Part shown: one piece after another, positions 49,801 through 61,994 of the stretch | Layout of the letters: each line of letters begins with the position of its first letter | Numbering within the stretch: the stretch's first letter is position 1 | DNA from: Mobula hypostoma | Lineage: Eukaryota | DNA: 64,000 bases | Reading direction: 5' to 3' | Assembly: GCF_963921235.1 (NCBI RefSeq) | Contig: NC_086105.1 | Span: 109,988,001 to 110,052,000 of the forward strand | The notes under the pieces: generated by a model | Database searches by the model: none | What the model was told of the DNA's origin: nothing | Seen by the model: only the letters and a program-made list of their open reading frames with translations | Made by a program: the position numbers and the translations under genes

Positions 49801-52800
49801 GATATTATTTTAAGCTGCACAGTTTCTCCCAGTTCTAACTAACCTGTGTTTTTTAGTGTCTAGTTACATTCCTTTTTCAACTGGAACTCTTTCTATGTAT
49901 CCACATCTACTTTAGCTGCACTTCATAAATCAAAAGAAGCAGCAAAGGGAGAACTCATCCTGTCAACTGTTTCTGAACTAAGGAGCTTGTCTAAGCATAT
50001 TTATTATCAATAATTGATGTATTTATTGCTGTGATATAATAAATTAATCTTGGTTTTAAGCAAAGCCTCAGGAAATACGTTAAAGTAAAATAAGATTGAA
50101 CCTTCAAAGAATATCATTTTGATTTAAATTTCTTGATGTTTATATTGGAGTGTATGACATTATATCAGTTTAACATTTAGCAAAATACTTTTGTTTAAGG
50201 TAGGGGAGCAGAAGCTTTTTACCACAGCTGACAAAAGAAAGGGACAACGTTGTGAAGTAAAACTATTTGATGAAACTGTACCTTCATTCTTAATGAACTG
50301 GTCAGTATATATGTAAATGTTTCGGTAAATTTATGAGTTTGGAAGCTTCTGATCTTGAATCATAATGATTAGAACGGGTTATAAAATCTACTTCATTTCA
50401 GGCTATTAATCTCACAGAGATGAATACTCTGTACTATTACTGCTGACAATCATTCCAGTATTTATCAATTACACAAAGTACTTAAAAATTCTTAATTTTC
50501 ATGTGTGCTTTTGTCCTTCTGTCCCACTACGTAGTGTTATATAATGCTTATTATTTGTCTCAGTAACTCTTTACCTTGTTCTGTGAATACCCTCTCTTAA
50601 CACCCCCTTGGGGCTGAAAAATCCTCCCCTATAAATTTAATCTTTTGTATCCTCTGCTAATAGCAGTGAACCTCATAGTTACTCTCTGCATGTCTTACAC
50701 CTGAAAATTTCTATTTCACATTACTCCAAGCAGAACTGGACATGGTATCTATTTGATACCTGATTAGCACCCTGTCCAATTTTAATACTACTGTGGAGTA
50801 TTTATGTCTGATTGTTTTGCAGTTTTTTTGGTTTTATTTCAAGTTTCCTGTACTTTTGATACTTTGTTGCCATACAACTTTGAAAATTTTTGTACAACTC
50901 CTATTGAACGTAAGAATAATTACTGTGAGAATTTAGGATAATATTTCAACTCAATATTTAAAACATCAAGTCTATTAGTTCTGGAACATGAAAGAAAACA
51001 TAGCTTTCACAAATATAAACATTCAGTTACTTGTTCAATATCTAACTGACTATATTTGTGATTCTGTCAGCTGGGATAATGAATCTATACAACTTGCACA
51101 GACGTGGATACCCCGGGAAACAGGTACAGTATATGCTAATTTGATTGAAGTATATCTACCTTATCCTGCAGAATGCCTTAACACTTTTTATAAGTTAAAT
51201 GTTTTTTATCTTGTGCAGTACTCTTCATAGCTGATGTACGAGTCAACTTTGATAATTTTCGCAACAGCATGACTGCCACAGTGATTGCTAAAACTATCAT
51301 TACAACAAATCCTGGTAAGTTTCTTTTTAAAAGCTTTAGTGTCAAAACCAAAAAATTGAGTATCTGAAATCTGTTTTGCACAGTTGAAACACAATAGAAT
51401 CAATGAAAATGCAGCATAGGTAGGTGGCCTTTTCAGAGGTTGTTGAACCTACTAAATCAGATCACCTTAACATATTAACTAAATAGGCGAGGGTCACAGT
51501 CCTTCTGTAGTACTTCTGGATTATATCAGGAAGTGGAAGCAGATATTTGCCTGCTAAGTGCACACCACTAGTTTTGTGACAGAGCAGAAGAATTCTGTTC
51601 AAAGAGATGGGTGGTAATCTGGTTTTCCTTTAGTAGTCTTCACTAAGGAGGACATAAGTAATCTTCCGGAAAGAGTAGGGGACAGAGGGTCCGGTGAGAT
51701 GGAGGAACTGAGGGAAATACATGTTAGTAGGGAAGTGGTGTTAGGTAAATTGAAGGGATTAAAGGCAGATAAATCCCCAGGGCCAGATGGTCTGCATCCC
51801 AGAGTGCTTAAGGAAGTAGCCCAAGAAATATGTGGATGCATTAGTGATAATTTTTCAAAACTCTTTAGATTCTGGACTAGTTCCTGAGGATTGGAGGGTG
51901 GCTAATATAACCCCACTTTTTAAAAAAGGAGGGAGAGAGAAACCGGGAATTATAGACCAGTTAGCCTAACATCGGTGGTGGGGAAACTGCTGGAGTCAGT
52001 TATCAAAGATGTGATAACAGCACATTTGGAAAGCGGTGAAATGATCGGACAAAGTCAGCATGGATTTGTGAAAGGAAAATCATGTCTGACGAATCTCATA
52101 GAATTTTTTGAGGATGTAACTAGTAGAGTGGATAGGGGAGAACCAGTGGATGTGGTATATTTGGATTTTTAAAAGGCTTTTGACAAGGTCCCACACAGGA
52201 AATCAGTGTGCAAACTTAAAGTACGTGGTATTGGGGGTAAGGTATTGATGTGGATAGAGAATTGGTTAGCAGACAGGAAGCAAAGAGTGGGAATAAACGG
52301 GACCTTTTCAGAATGACAGGCAGTGACCAGTGGGGTACCGCAAGGCTCAATGCTGGGACCCCAGTTGTTTACAATACATATTAATGACTTGGATGAGGGA
52401 ATTAAATGCAGCATCTCTAAGTTTGCCGATGACACGAAGCTGGGCAGCAGTGTTAGTTGTGAGGAGAATGCAGGGTGACTTGGATAGGTTAGGTGAGTGG
52501 GCAAATTCGTAGCAGATGCAATTTAATGTGGATAAATGTGAGGTTATCCACTTTGATGGCAAAAACAGGAAAACAGATTGTTATCTGAATGGTGGCCAAT
52601 TAGGAAAAGGGGAGGTGCAACAAGACCTGGGTGTCATTATACACCAGTCATTGAAAGTGGGCATGCAGGTACAGCAGGCGGTGAAAAAGGCAAATGGTAT
52701 GCTGGCATTTATAGCAAGAGGATTCGAGTACAGGAGCAGGGAGGTACTACTGCAGTTGTACAAGGCCTTGGTGAGACCACACCTGGAGTATTGTGTGCAG

Positions 52801-55800
52801 TTTTGGTCCCCTAATCTGAGGAAAGACATCCTTGCCATAGGGGGAGTACAAAGAAGGTTCACCAGATTGATTCCTGGGATGGCAGGACTTTCATATGATG
52901 AAAGACTGGATGAACTAGACTTATACTCGTTGGAATTTAGAAGATTGAGGGGGGATCTTATTGAAACGTATAAAATCCTAAAGTGATTGGACAGGCTAGA
53001 TGCAGGAAGATTGTTCCCGATGTTGGGGAAATCCAGAATGAGGGGTCACAGTTTGAGGATAAAGGGGAAGCCTTTTAGGACCGAGATTAGGAAAACTTCT
53101 TCACACAGAGAGTGGTGAATCTGTGGATTTCTCTGCCACAGGAAACAGTTGAGGCCAGTTCATTGGCTATATTTAAGAGGGAGTTAGATATGGCCCTTGT
53201 GGCTAAAGGGATCAGGGGGTATGGAGGGAAGGCTGGTACAGGGTTCTGAGTGGGATGATCAGCCATGATCATACTGAATGGCGGTGCAGGCTCGAAGGGC
53301 TGAATGGCCTACTCCTGCATCTATTTTCTATGTTTCTAGAAGGTAGCTGGAGGAGTGAACGTGTGGATATAATGGTAAGGTGTACTTCCTGAAGTTCAAC
53401 ATGTGAATCCTGAACTTTTCATAACGAAAGTATCCATTATCTGCTAACCATACTAGTTGAATAAGGCAGATAATAAATTTCTAGCTGATTATTCAATCAG
53501 CTACCATCATTCTGCATTGTTTCATCAAGAAATTAGAAGGTTATGTTTATACCTATGTGTGTTGATTGAATTAAATTATCAACTATTGTATAATCAAAAT
53601 CTTCATCGATTGATGAGAAAAGATTTAAATTTAATTTTTAGAGTAATTAGATAATTATATGTATTAATGTAGAATTTTGTCTTTATGCTCTGGGAATGTA
53701 AAGACACAAAGGAGGCCAATCTGTTGTTCAATTTTGCCAAAGATCATGCAGGAAATGATGATGAAGATCCTGAACAGATTAATGAGTTAATAAACTGTAA
53801 GTCTCTGAGTTTTATATTTTAAGTATAATTTAATTTAGTTATTACATTATTTGTGGGCTAAAAAATGTATAACAAGTTACATTACTTGCTTTACCTAACT
53901 AATAAGCATAGCTTATCAATACTTCCACATATAAAGTAAAATCTTCATTTAAAATATTAGCTATGATTTCAAGATTAGAAAATTTTTATATTCTAAGAAG
54001 CATTTTTTTTATCAACTTCACAATTTTAAACAGTCTTAACTAAGTTTTAACTTTGCCACCAGAGCATTTGTCATTCTATGCAGCATTTATTTCTTTGAAG
54101 AGCATCAAAGTCATCATATATCAAACAAAATATGATATGTCCTCTAATATTGTACAGTCAAGTAGAAATGATTATGGAAAACAAGTTAATGATGATTCAA
54201 TGTTTATCTGATAAAATGTTTGGGACTTTTTAATGAGAAGCACTGTGGCACAATCATCTCACAACTATTAACTTGGCTTCAATTTTGGACTCTGGTGTTG
54301 TTTGTCTGTGGAGTTTACATGTTCTCCCTGAGTTTCCCTTCAGTGCCCAGTTTCCTCTCATATCCTAAAGAATTGCTAGTTAATAGGTGAATTGGTTTCT
54401 CTAAATTACTGAGTGTAGGTAGTGTAGGTGAGGAAAAATCAGGGTGGAGTTGATTGACAGATAAAGAATAGTCTACATGGAAACAAGTGGGGGGATGAGG
54501 TTGATTTGAACAGTTGAACAGATTTATGTCCTATGTAGTCAGGAAAATGAGAAATAACAAAATACAGAGGTATAATTGGAAAGCTTGCAGATGATACAAA
54601 GTTTTTGGTGTTGGCGATAGTGAGGAGGGTAATATTACAGGAAAAGAATGATATTGTCCGGAAGGTAAAATCGGTAGACCAAAGACAGGAAAAAAAACTT
54701 AATCCTGATAATTGTGAGGTGCTTCACTAGATGGCAAACTCTCTTAAGCAAAGGGTAGGACATATTTAATGAATGTCAAGACCTCAGGCTGTGTTAAAGA
54801 ACAGAGGAAATTTGTTTATAAATCTGAGGATACTTGAATGTAATGGCATAAATGAATGTGTTAAAGAAGCTAAACAGGATACTTGACTTCATTAGCTGAA
54901 TCACTATTGTAGAGAGGTTATGGTACGAATTAATTAAACTTTGGTTAGCTCATTGATTAGTTACTCAGTGTTCCTCTGAAGAAGGATACAATTCCACTGA
55001 AAACTTAATCTAGGCTACAACCTGATTGGGTAAAAATAGAAACATAGAAAACCTACAGCACAATACAGGCTCTTCGGCCCACAATGCTGTACCAAACATG
55101 TACTTACTTTAGAAATTACCTAGGGTTACCCATAGCTATATTGTTTGAAGGTCCATGTACCTATCCAGGAGTCTCTTAAAAGACCCTATCGTATCCACCT
55201 CCACCACTGTCACTGGCAGCCCATTCCATGCACTCACCACTTGCTGCGTTTAAAAAAAAAACTTACCCCTGACATCTCCACTATACCTTCTTCCAAGCAC
55301 CCTAAAACTGTGCCCTCTCGTGTTAGCCATTTCAACCCTGGGGAAAAAGCCTCTTGACTATCCACATGATCAATGTCTCTTATCATCTTGTACATCTCTA
55401 TCAGGTCACCTCTCATTCTCCACTGCTCCAAGGAGAAAAGGCCAAGTTCACTCAACCTATTCTCATTAGGCATGCTCCCCAATCCAGGCAACATCCTTGT
55501 AAATCTCCTCTGCACCTTTTCTATAGTTTCCACATCCTTCCTATAGTGAGGTGGCCAGAACTGAGCACAGTACTCCAAGTGGGGTCTGACCGGCGTCCTA
55601 TATAGCTGTAACATTACCATTCAGCTTTTAAACTCAATCCCATGGTTGATGAAGGCCAATGCACCATATGCCTTCTGAACCACAGAGTCAACCTGCGCAG
55701 CAGCTTTGAGTGTCCTATGGACTCGGGCCCTAAGATCCCTCTGATCCTCCACAATAACAGAAGTCTTACCATTAATAGTATATTCTGCCATCATGTTTGA

Positions 55801-58800
55801 CCTACCAAAATGAACCACCTCACACTTATTTGGGTTGAACTCCATCTGCCATTTCTCAGCCCAGTTTTGCATCCTATTGCTGTCCCTCTATAACCTCTGA
55901 CAGCCCTCCACATTATCCACAACACCCCCAACCTTTGTGTCATCAGCAAATTTACTAATCCATCCCTCCACTTCTTCATCCAGGTCATTTATAAAAATCA
56001 TGAAGAGAAGGGGTCCCAGAACAGATCCTTAAGGCACACGACTGGTCACCCACCTCCATGCAGAATATGACCCTCTACAACCACTCTTTGCCTTCTGTGG
56101 GCAAGCCAGTTCTGGATCCACAAAGCAAGGTACCCTTGGATCCCATGCCTCCTTACTTTTTCAATAAGCCCTGTATGGGGTACCTTATCAAATGCCTTGC
56201 TGAAATCCATGTACACTACATCTATTGCTCTACCTTCATCAACACTTTTAGTCACATCCTCAAAAAAATTCATTCAAGCTCGTAAGGCACAACCTGCCTT
56301 TGACAAAGCCATGCTGACTATTCCTAATCATATTATGCCTCTCCAAATGTTCATAAATCCTGCCTCTCAGGATCTTTTCCACCAACTTACCAAACACTGA
56401 AGTAAGACTCACTGGTCTATAATTTCCTGGGCTATCTCTCCCTTTCTTGATAAGGGAACAACATCTGCAACCCTCTAACCCTCCGGAACCTCTCCTGTCT
56501 CCATTGATGATGCAAAGATCATTGCTAATGGCTCAGCAATCTCCTCCCATCGCCTACCACAGTAGCCTGGGGTTCATCTTTTCTGGTCCCAGAGACTTAT
56601 CCAACTTGATGCTTTCCAAAAGCTCCAGCACATCCTCTTTCTTAATGTCTAAATGCTCAAGCTTTTCAATCTGTTGTAAATCATCCCTCCAATCGCCAAG
56701 ACCTTTTTCCATAGTGAATGCTGAAGCCAAGTATTCATTAAGTACCTCTGCTATCTCCTCCAGTTCCATACATACTTTTCCACTGTCACACTTGATTGGT
56801 CCTATTCTCTCATATCTTATCCTCTTGCTCTTCACATACTTGTAGAATGCCTTGGGATTTTTTTAATCCTGCTTGTCAAGGCCTTCTCATGACCCCTTCT
56901 GAGATTCAAATAAATTTGGATTTATCAAAAGTTATGGTAATTGATGAGTAAAGTAGCAAAACCAGTGAGTTGATGTTTTAAGTCAGTACAATGAAAAGCT
57001 ATAAATGTGAAGGAACGAGAAAGTGTCTACAGATGTCATTTGTGACCTGCTGAAACATTGTCATCTTAGGGAGTAGAGCTGTGGTAAACTGATCGGTTTG
57101 AGCTTGCCCAACTATAGTCGCATTTAAGAATGGCATTGACTAATTTCTGTATGTAGCACTTCCAGTAAGATGGCTATGTGTTCAAACGTAGCAGCTTCTA
57201 TGGGGTCAACCAAAAATGTTATTGTCTTTTTTAAATGTATTTCTTAAGACCTGCTGGACGTTAAGAATTTAATGTACTGCAGGGGTATCCCCATCAGCGG
57301 GTTGCTCGTTGGTGGAGAAACTGAAGGAGCTGGACTTGGTGCAAACATGCTCCCTGCAGCAGAAAGGCATCGGAGGACTTAGTCACTTAGTGCACAAAGG
57401 TTGTGTGCAATCTAACAGCAAGAGATCATCTTAGTCGCCTTTCTTGTGATTGCAAGACCCTGTTGAACATTGTTAATGTGGAATGCTGCAAGTACGATTC
57501 ACTGATTTATTATCAGATGGCGAGGGAGCTGTGTGGTCTCAGTCGTAGCGAGGACTAGGTTTCGAGCCGCAGTGTTACCTGTTTACAGCCTCCTAGGAAA
57601 TAGACGTCGCAGTTGGTGCACTCCACTGGAGGTGGTGTGATACAGCGTCCAAGCAGGAGTCAGTGCTGCCCCCCAGTGTTTGTTCGGCAGAAAACAACCT
57701 ATTTTGTGTTTGACTGGTGACTGCTGCAACATTCCTGGACTCAGGGACTTGGACTATATTTGTTTATGTGACTGTATTTTACTGATATCTAATATGTGCT
57801 TGCTATCTTGTATGTGCTGTGTGACTGTTGGTACTATGTTTTGCACCTTGGCCCTGGAGTAACACTGTTTCATTTGGGTGTATTCATGGGTATTCATATT
57901 GGTTGAATGACAATTAAAATTGAACTTGAATTATTGTGATGTTGACGCCAGCCAAGGTGAAAGCTTCTAACATGTATCCCTTATTAAAATATTAGAAGTT
58001 TTTTGTCAATAAGTAACACCAATCTTTTTGAGACAGGCCTAATTCCATTCAGAGGTTGTACCAGATTATCAAAATCCATTTATCAAAGCAAAATCATTAA
58101 TTCCCTATTTTATCAAAAGATTTCTTGCTGTACATAACAGAAAAAATCACAAGTTTTTATTTCATCTTTGGAGTAAATTAAGTGGACAGCTGACACTTTT
58201 CCTTTTTACATATTTCATTTATGTAGCAGGGAATAATTTATTACGGTTTGAAACTACTCAACCCACACTTTACATATTTTCATTGTATCTTTCCAGTAAA
58301 TTCTATTGTGGATGTGTTCACAGTGCAGCAATTCAAAAATAAAGCTATAGACCACGGTGGCAAATCAGAACCTGTTTACGGAATTATGTATGCTTACATT
58401 ACAATGTTTAATGTTGATTCTGACAATTCAAAGATAATAAAATCCAGATGGTAAGAATAATACTTTTATTTAATTGTAAATTTATTCATCAGAGTCAGAG
58501 GTACATTTTTGTGGGTTTCGTAATAATCTAAGTATATAGCTTTGTACATAGTGGGGAGTAATAGTTTCTGTCAGTAGATTTGAGAAAACATTCTGGAAGA
58601 TCTTGCTAGTTCTTTGATTCTGAGTCTTTGCTTGCCTCAGGCACAGTTCACATTTTCATGTTACAGGATGTATCCTTCTACAGAATCAGTTTGCATTTTT
58701 AAATCATAGAATTTCAGGTAAGGTTGTATAATATTGGACTATCAGAGTTCTTGAGCATCATTCCAGAGGTTGTAAACTAACTTGGATGCTTAAGAAATTA

Positions 58801-60163
58801 AATTTAACTGAGGTTACCTTATGGTTCACTATTGTCTTTCAGGTTAGGGAGTAAGTTATCTTTATACGTGATTATGTACTCACCAAAGCATTAGCACACA
58901 ACTGCCTCAAAGGCAGACAGAGGTGAACTATAGATGCCAGAATTTTATAATAACATTTGTATCCTGTCAACAATTTTTTTAAAATTAGAATTGACGTGAA
59001 TTACAAAGGGACCCATCTAGTTCATACAGCTACCTGAAGGGCAGTGATTTCCGTGCTATCTCCTTACTCGTTTCCCTGTTTCCTTTACTCTTCAATTTAA
59101 ATAAACACTCAGTAGCCACTTTATTAGATACTTTCCGTTGTTTAACAATGCAAACCAATTCAGTAGAGGGATACTTCCTGTACCTAATGAAGTGGCCACT
59201 GAATGTATGTTCATGGTCTTCTGCTGCTGTAGCCCGTCTACTTCAATGTTTGATGTGTTGTGCATTCAGAGATGCTCTTCAGCACACCGCTGTCGTACCG
59301 TGTGGTTATTTGAAGTACTGTCCCCTTCTTGTCAGCTTGAACCAATATGACGATTCTCCTCTGACCTCTCTCATTAACAAGTTCTCAAACAGAACTGCTG
59401 CTCACTGGGTGTTTTTTTTTGCACTATTATCTAAACTCTAGAGATCGTTGAGTGTGAAAATCTCAGGAGATCAACAGTTTCTGAGATGCTCAAACCATCC
59501 CATCTGGCATCAACAATTATTTCACAGTCAAAATCACTTAGATCACAACTTTTTCCCAGTTTGATGTTTGGTCTTAACAGCTGTTCCTCTTGACCATTTC
59601 TGTAAACATTGAGTTGCTGCCACGTGATTGGCTGATTAGATATTTGCATTAATGAGCAGGCGTACATGTGTTAAAGTGGTTATTGAGTGTATATTCCTTC
59701 GTATGCTACTATGTTCAGTTGTTTTTATGGTAGCCATTCAATGCTTTTTAAGTTAACCTCAATCTGTATGAAGAAGAGTAAACTCTTAGTAATGTAGAGT
59801 TGCATTTTTTTTTAATACCATTAAAATTTATTTAAGGTAAGAAAGGGAAACCAGAAGTGGCCGAGGATAATAGTGATTTAAAAAAGTGTAAATATCTGAA
59901 GATGTACTAATTACGAAGTTCCAAAAATGTTCAATGAGAATTTTAAAATACATTAATTTTATGTTTATTGTAGTGGTAGGTGCAGATTTTTGATCGATAT
60001 TGGTTCAAACATATGTACAAATCCCTCTTGTTCATTTGGCGCAATGAACTCTTCAAGTATCATTACCAATTTTGAATTCTGGGTGGATGTGTCTGACCAC
60101 ACAGGCACTCTTCCGTCATGTAACTTAACAGGAAGTACAGCTGAAAAAATTCTTGGCTACACT
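34800..60163 (+). CDS. MEIOB: Meiosis-specific OB-fold protein MEIOB; spliced CDS of 11 exons, 3'-partial (last exons outside window)
   Basis: join(34800..34868,36599..36656,39836..39967,43267..43339,47778..47973,50200..50300,51071..51123,51219..51314,53704..53796,58297..58450,59974..60163) = 1215 nt open, GT-AG, phases consistent. Peptides [81 protein letters not shown] and [13 protein letters not shown] match recalled vertebrate MEIOB. Confidence 0.96.
36599..36656 (+). CDS. MEIOB: MEIOB coding exon 2
   Basis: [19 protein letters not shown]+1 nt; tatttcag acceptor; gttgag donor. Confidence 0.92.
36790..37590 (-). mobile_element. RTE-clade LINE 3' fragment
   Basis: [56 protein letters not shown]. 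Confidence 0.85.
38157..38237. mobile_element. 81-bp hAT MITE
   Basis: taggggtt...ggggacccctg; perfect 8-bp TSD acctagaa. Confidence 0.8.
38277..38503. mobile_element. PLE pLTR hairpin element
   Basis: 10-bp TSD aaggagcact (38267-76, 38504-13); inverted arms; decayed ctgatga core. Confidence 0.8.
38895..39774 (+). mobile_element. Tigger/pogo non-autonomous element spanning the assembly gap
   Basis: TA|cagtcggccctcc ... ggagggccgactg|TA; HTH remnant [40 protein letters not shown]. Confidence 0.85.
39524..39689. other. Assembly gap (166 N)
   Basis: Run of n. Confidence 1.
39836..39967 (+). CDS. MEIOB: MEIOB coding exon 3
   Basis: [44 protein letters not shown]; tttag/gtatgt. Confidence 0.95.
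40974..42311 (+). mobile_element. hAT (Charlie-like) non-autonomous composite element
   Basis: cagtggtccccaa / ttggggacccctg TIRs; TSD gtttaaag/gtttcaag; dimerisation domain [42 protein letters not shown]. Confidence 0.88.
43267..43339 (+). CDS. MEIOB: MEIOB coding exon 4
   Basis: [25 protein letters not shown]; ttgtag/gtatat. Confidence 0.94.
43660..43786 (+). mobile_element. PLE pLTR 3' fragment with short inversion; related decayed copies at ~35180-35340, 35895-36030, 42412-42545, 43120-43240, 43995-44180
   Basis: gatgctgcctggcctgctgagttcctccagcattttgtgtgtgtt..ttccagcatctgcag; same family as 27616-27713. Confidence 0.75.
44255..45310 (-). mobile_element. L1-clade LINE 3' end with CCHC domain, 3' UTR and polyA
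   Basis: [54 protein letters not shown]; T-tract at ~44262. Confidence 0.88.
45310..46010 (-). mobile_element. CR1 ORF1 fragment
   Basis: [43 protein letters not shown]. Confidence 0.8.
46540..47080 (+). mobile_element. Rex/Babar 3' fragment
   Basis: [35 protein letters not shown]; aataaa..tttgaacttcgaactt tail. Confidence 0.82.
47778..47973 (+). CDS. MEIOB: MEIOB coding exon 5
   Basis: [16 protein letters not shown]...[38 protein letters not shown]; tttag/gtgggt. Confidence 0.95.
48668..48885 (+). mobile_element. PLE pLTR hairpin element with CpG-decayed hammerhead
   Basis: gtcCTGATGAaggatctcggcttGAAAcattgactg at ~48755-48790; 3' end ctcttgtgttt. Confidence 0.75.
48984..49210. mobile_element. 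hAT MITE (family of 38157-38237) containing a captured copy of 50645-50786
   Basis: caggggtttccca ... ttgggaatccctg termini; internal 49001-49147 duplicates 50645-50786. Confidence 0.7.
50200..50300 (+). CDS. MEIOB: MEIOB coding exon 6
   Basis: [34 protein letters not shown]; tttaag/gtcagt. Confidence 0.95.
51071..51123 (+). CDS. MEIOB: MEIOB coding exon 7
   Basis: [17 protein letters not shown]; tgtcag/gtacag. Confidence 0.95.
51219..51314 (+). CDS. MEIOB: MEIOB coding exon 8
   Basis: [32 protein letters not shown]; tgcag/gtaagt. Confidence 0.95.
51631..53338 (+). mobile_element. CR1 LINE, 5'-truncated, relatively young
   Basis: [60 protein letters not shown]; ttttctatgtttct tail. Confidence 0.93.
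53704..53796 (+). CDS. MEIOB: MEIOB coding exon 9 (acidic linker)
   Basis: [31 protein letters not shown]; weak acceptor (tgggaatgtaaag), strong gtaagt donor, phase 1-1. Confidence 0.85.
54240..54545 (+). mobile_element. V-SINE (HE1-like), degenerate
   Basis: V-core-like gtctgtggagtttacatgttctccc..ccagtttcctctcatatcctaaaga..aattgg. Confidence 0.65.
55035..56900 (-). mobile_element. CR1 LINE, 5'-truncated
   Basis: [51 protein letters not shown]; atagaaacatagaaa tail. Confidence 0.92.
57158..57932 (+). mobile_element. Non-coding dispersed repeat (non-autonomous LINE derivative), copy 1
   Basis: acttccagtaagatgg start; gaatgacaattaaa..ttgaacttgaa tail; colinear with 61174-61993. Confidence 0.7.
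58297..58450 (+). CDS. MEIOB: MEIOB coding exon 10
   Basis: [52 protein letters not shown]; ttccag/gtaaga. Confidence 0.95.
59106..59689 (-). mobile_element. Tc1/mariner non-autonomous element
   Basis: cactcagtagccacttt / aaagtggttattgagtg|TA; [40 protein letters not shown]. Confidence 0.82.
59974..60163 (+). CDS. MEIOB: MEIOB coding exon 11 (Zn-binding C-terminal OB fold)
   Basis: (C)[19 protein letters not shown]...[29 protein letters not shown]; ttgtag/gtaagt. Confidence 0.95.
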
Positions 60164-60514
60164 GTAAGTATTTAGTACTTTGAAATTTTTAGGTTAAAGT
60201 TGCAGTATAAGAACTATAAATGTAATAGCTACTGTATTTTCAAGAGTTCTCTGTTCTACAACACACATTTATGAAAAGCTTTTATTATATTTGACTTTTA
60301 TGCTGGGGAAAAGTAATGTATGTGTTAAGAAAGTGTATGGGCTTTATATAACATTGTACATTCATATTAAATTAAATGGTTAATTTGCTTTCTCACCACT
60401 CCCAGACATGCAAGGGAGAATTTAAGTGCTGTATATTTATGCATTGTTCATTTAAAAGTTAAATTTAATGTTTATCATTCGTTCCAAAATTTTACATGAG
60501 CTTGTAATATTTCA

Positions 60515-61020
60515 GAGTTCAGAAGAGATTTACTTGGATGCTGCCTGGATTAGAGGGCATATGCTATAACGAGAGGTTGGACAAATTTAGATTGTTTTCT
60601 CTGGAGTGGCAGAGGCTGAGGGGAGATCTGATAAAGGTTTATAAGATTATGAGAGGGATGGAAAGAGTAGGCAGACAGCATCTTTTTCCCAGGGTTGACA
60701 TGTCTAATACCAAAGGAATTGCTTTTAAGGTCAGAATGGCTCATTTTAAAGGACATATAAGGGGCATATTTTTATACAGAGAGTGGTGGGTGCCTGAAAT
60801 GCACTGCCTGTGGTGATGGTAGAGGCACATTTACTGGGGACTTTTAAGGCTCATGAATAAGACTCATTTATATAGCCCATGAATGTGAAGAAAATAGATG
60901 GATATGGACACTGTGTAGGCAAAAGAGATTAGTACAGTTGGCCATTCAATTACTAATTTAACTGGTTCAGCACAACATTGTGGGCTGAAGTGTCTGTTCT
61001 TGTGCTATACTACTCATAGG
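60515..61020 (+). mobile_element. CR1 3' fragment
   Basis: MLPGLEGICYNERLDKFRLFSLEWQRLRGDLIKVYKIMRG. Confidence 0.85.
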
Positions 61021-61173
61021 TTCATTTATTATCAATGTATGTAGTATACAACTCTGAGTTTCGTCTTGTCCAGATAGCCACGAAACAAAAAAAAACATGG
61101 AGTAGTTCAAAGAAAAACATCAACCCCCCCCCATGGGAAAAAATTGAGTAAACAGCAACACCAATTCAATTCA

Positions 61174-61993
61174 ACTTCTGATAAGATGATAGCGCATTCA
61201 GTCTCAGTGGCTTCTACGGGGTCAATAAAAAGTGCTACTGCCCTATTTAAACGTATTTCTAATGATTGCAAGGTTCTGCTATATATCAAGAACTTAAAGT
61301 ACTGCAGGTCTACACCATCAGTGAGTTGCTCACAGGAGGAGAAAATGAAGGAGATGTGCAATGTGCTTCTGCCTGAGACAATGGAGGCTTATAATCTAAT
61401 AGTGAGTGGCCATCATGGTCACTTTTCTTGTGATCGCAAGACCCTTTTGGACTTTGTTGATCTGGTATGCCACAATTTTGATTCGCTGATTTATTGGCTA
61501 AGAGCAGGGCAGATAGTGGGCAGCTTCATGACCTCGGTCGTAACAAGGACTCAGCCTCAAGCCACGATGTTGCCTTTTTGCAGCTGCCAGGAAAGGGGCA
61601 TTGAAACCAGTGCGCTCTACCAGGGATGGAGTGGTGCGGTATCCAGGACCGAGTCGGTGCTGCCCTTCCAGTGTTTTGCTTGGCAGAAGACGAGCTCTGT
61701 CCTCTGCAGATTTTGGGAGCACTGAATCGACTCTGCGTCAAGCCACAGGGTCACTTGTTTTACAGTCACCAGGATAGAGGGTGGTCAGCAGAAGATAAGC
61801 TCTGTTGTGGTCAACTGAAGATTTCAATGGACTGAAGGGTCGATACAATTTGTGCTTGCTGTCTTGTGTGTGCTTTGTGCTGTGTGTGACTGTTGGTACT
61901 GTGTTTTTCACCTTAACCCTGGAGTAACGCTGTTTCATTTAGCTTTATTCATAAGTATTCATGTATGATTGAATGACAATTAAACTTGAATTG
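61174..61993 (+). mobile_element. Non-coding dispersed repeat, copy 2
   Basis: Shares start, gtgactgttggtact and gaatgacaattaaacttgaa tail with 57158-57932. Confidence 0.7.
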
Positions 61994-61994
61994 G

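Noticed and set aside
61144-61725. 193-aa ORF as a novel gene
   Set aside because: It lies in a dispersed repeat whose other copy (57158-57932) has no matching ORF; it has a non-ATG start and no recognisable motifs.
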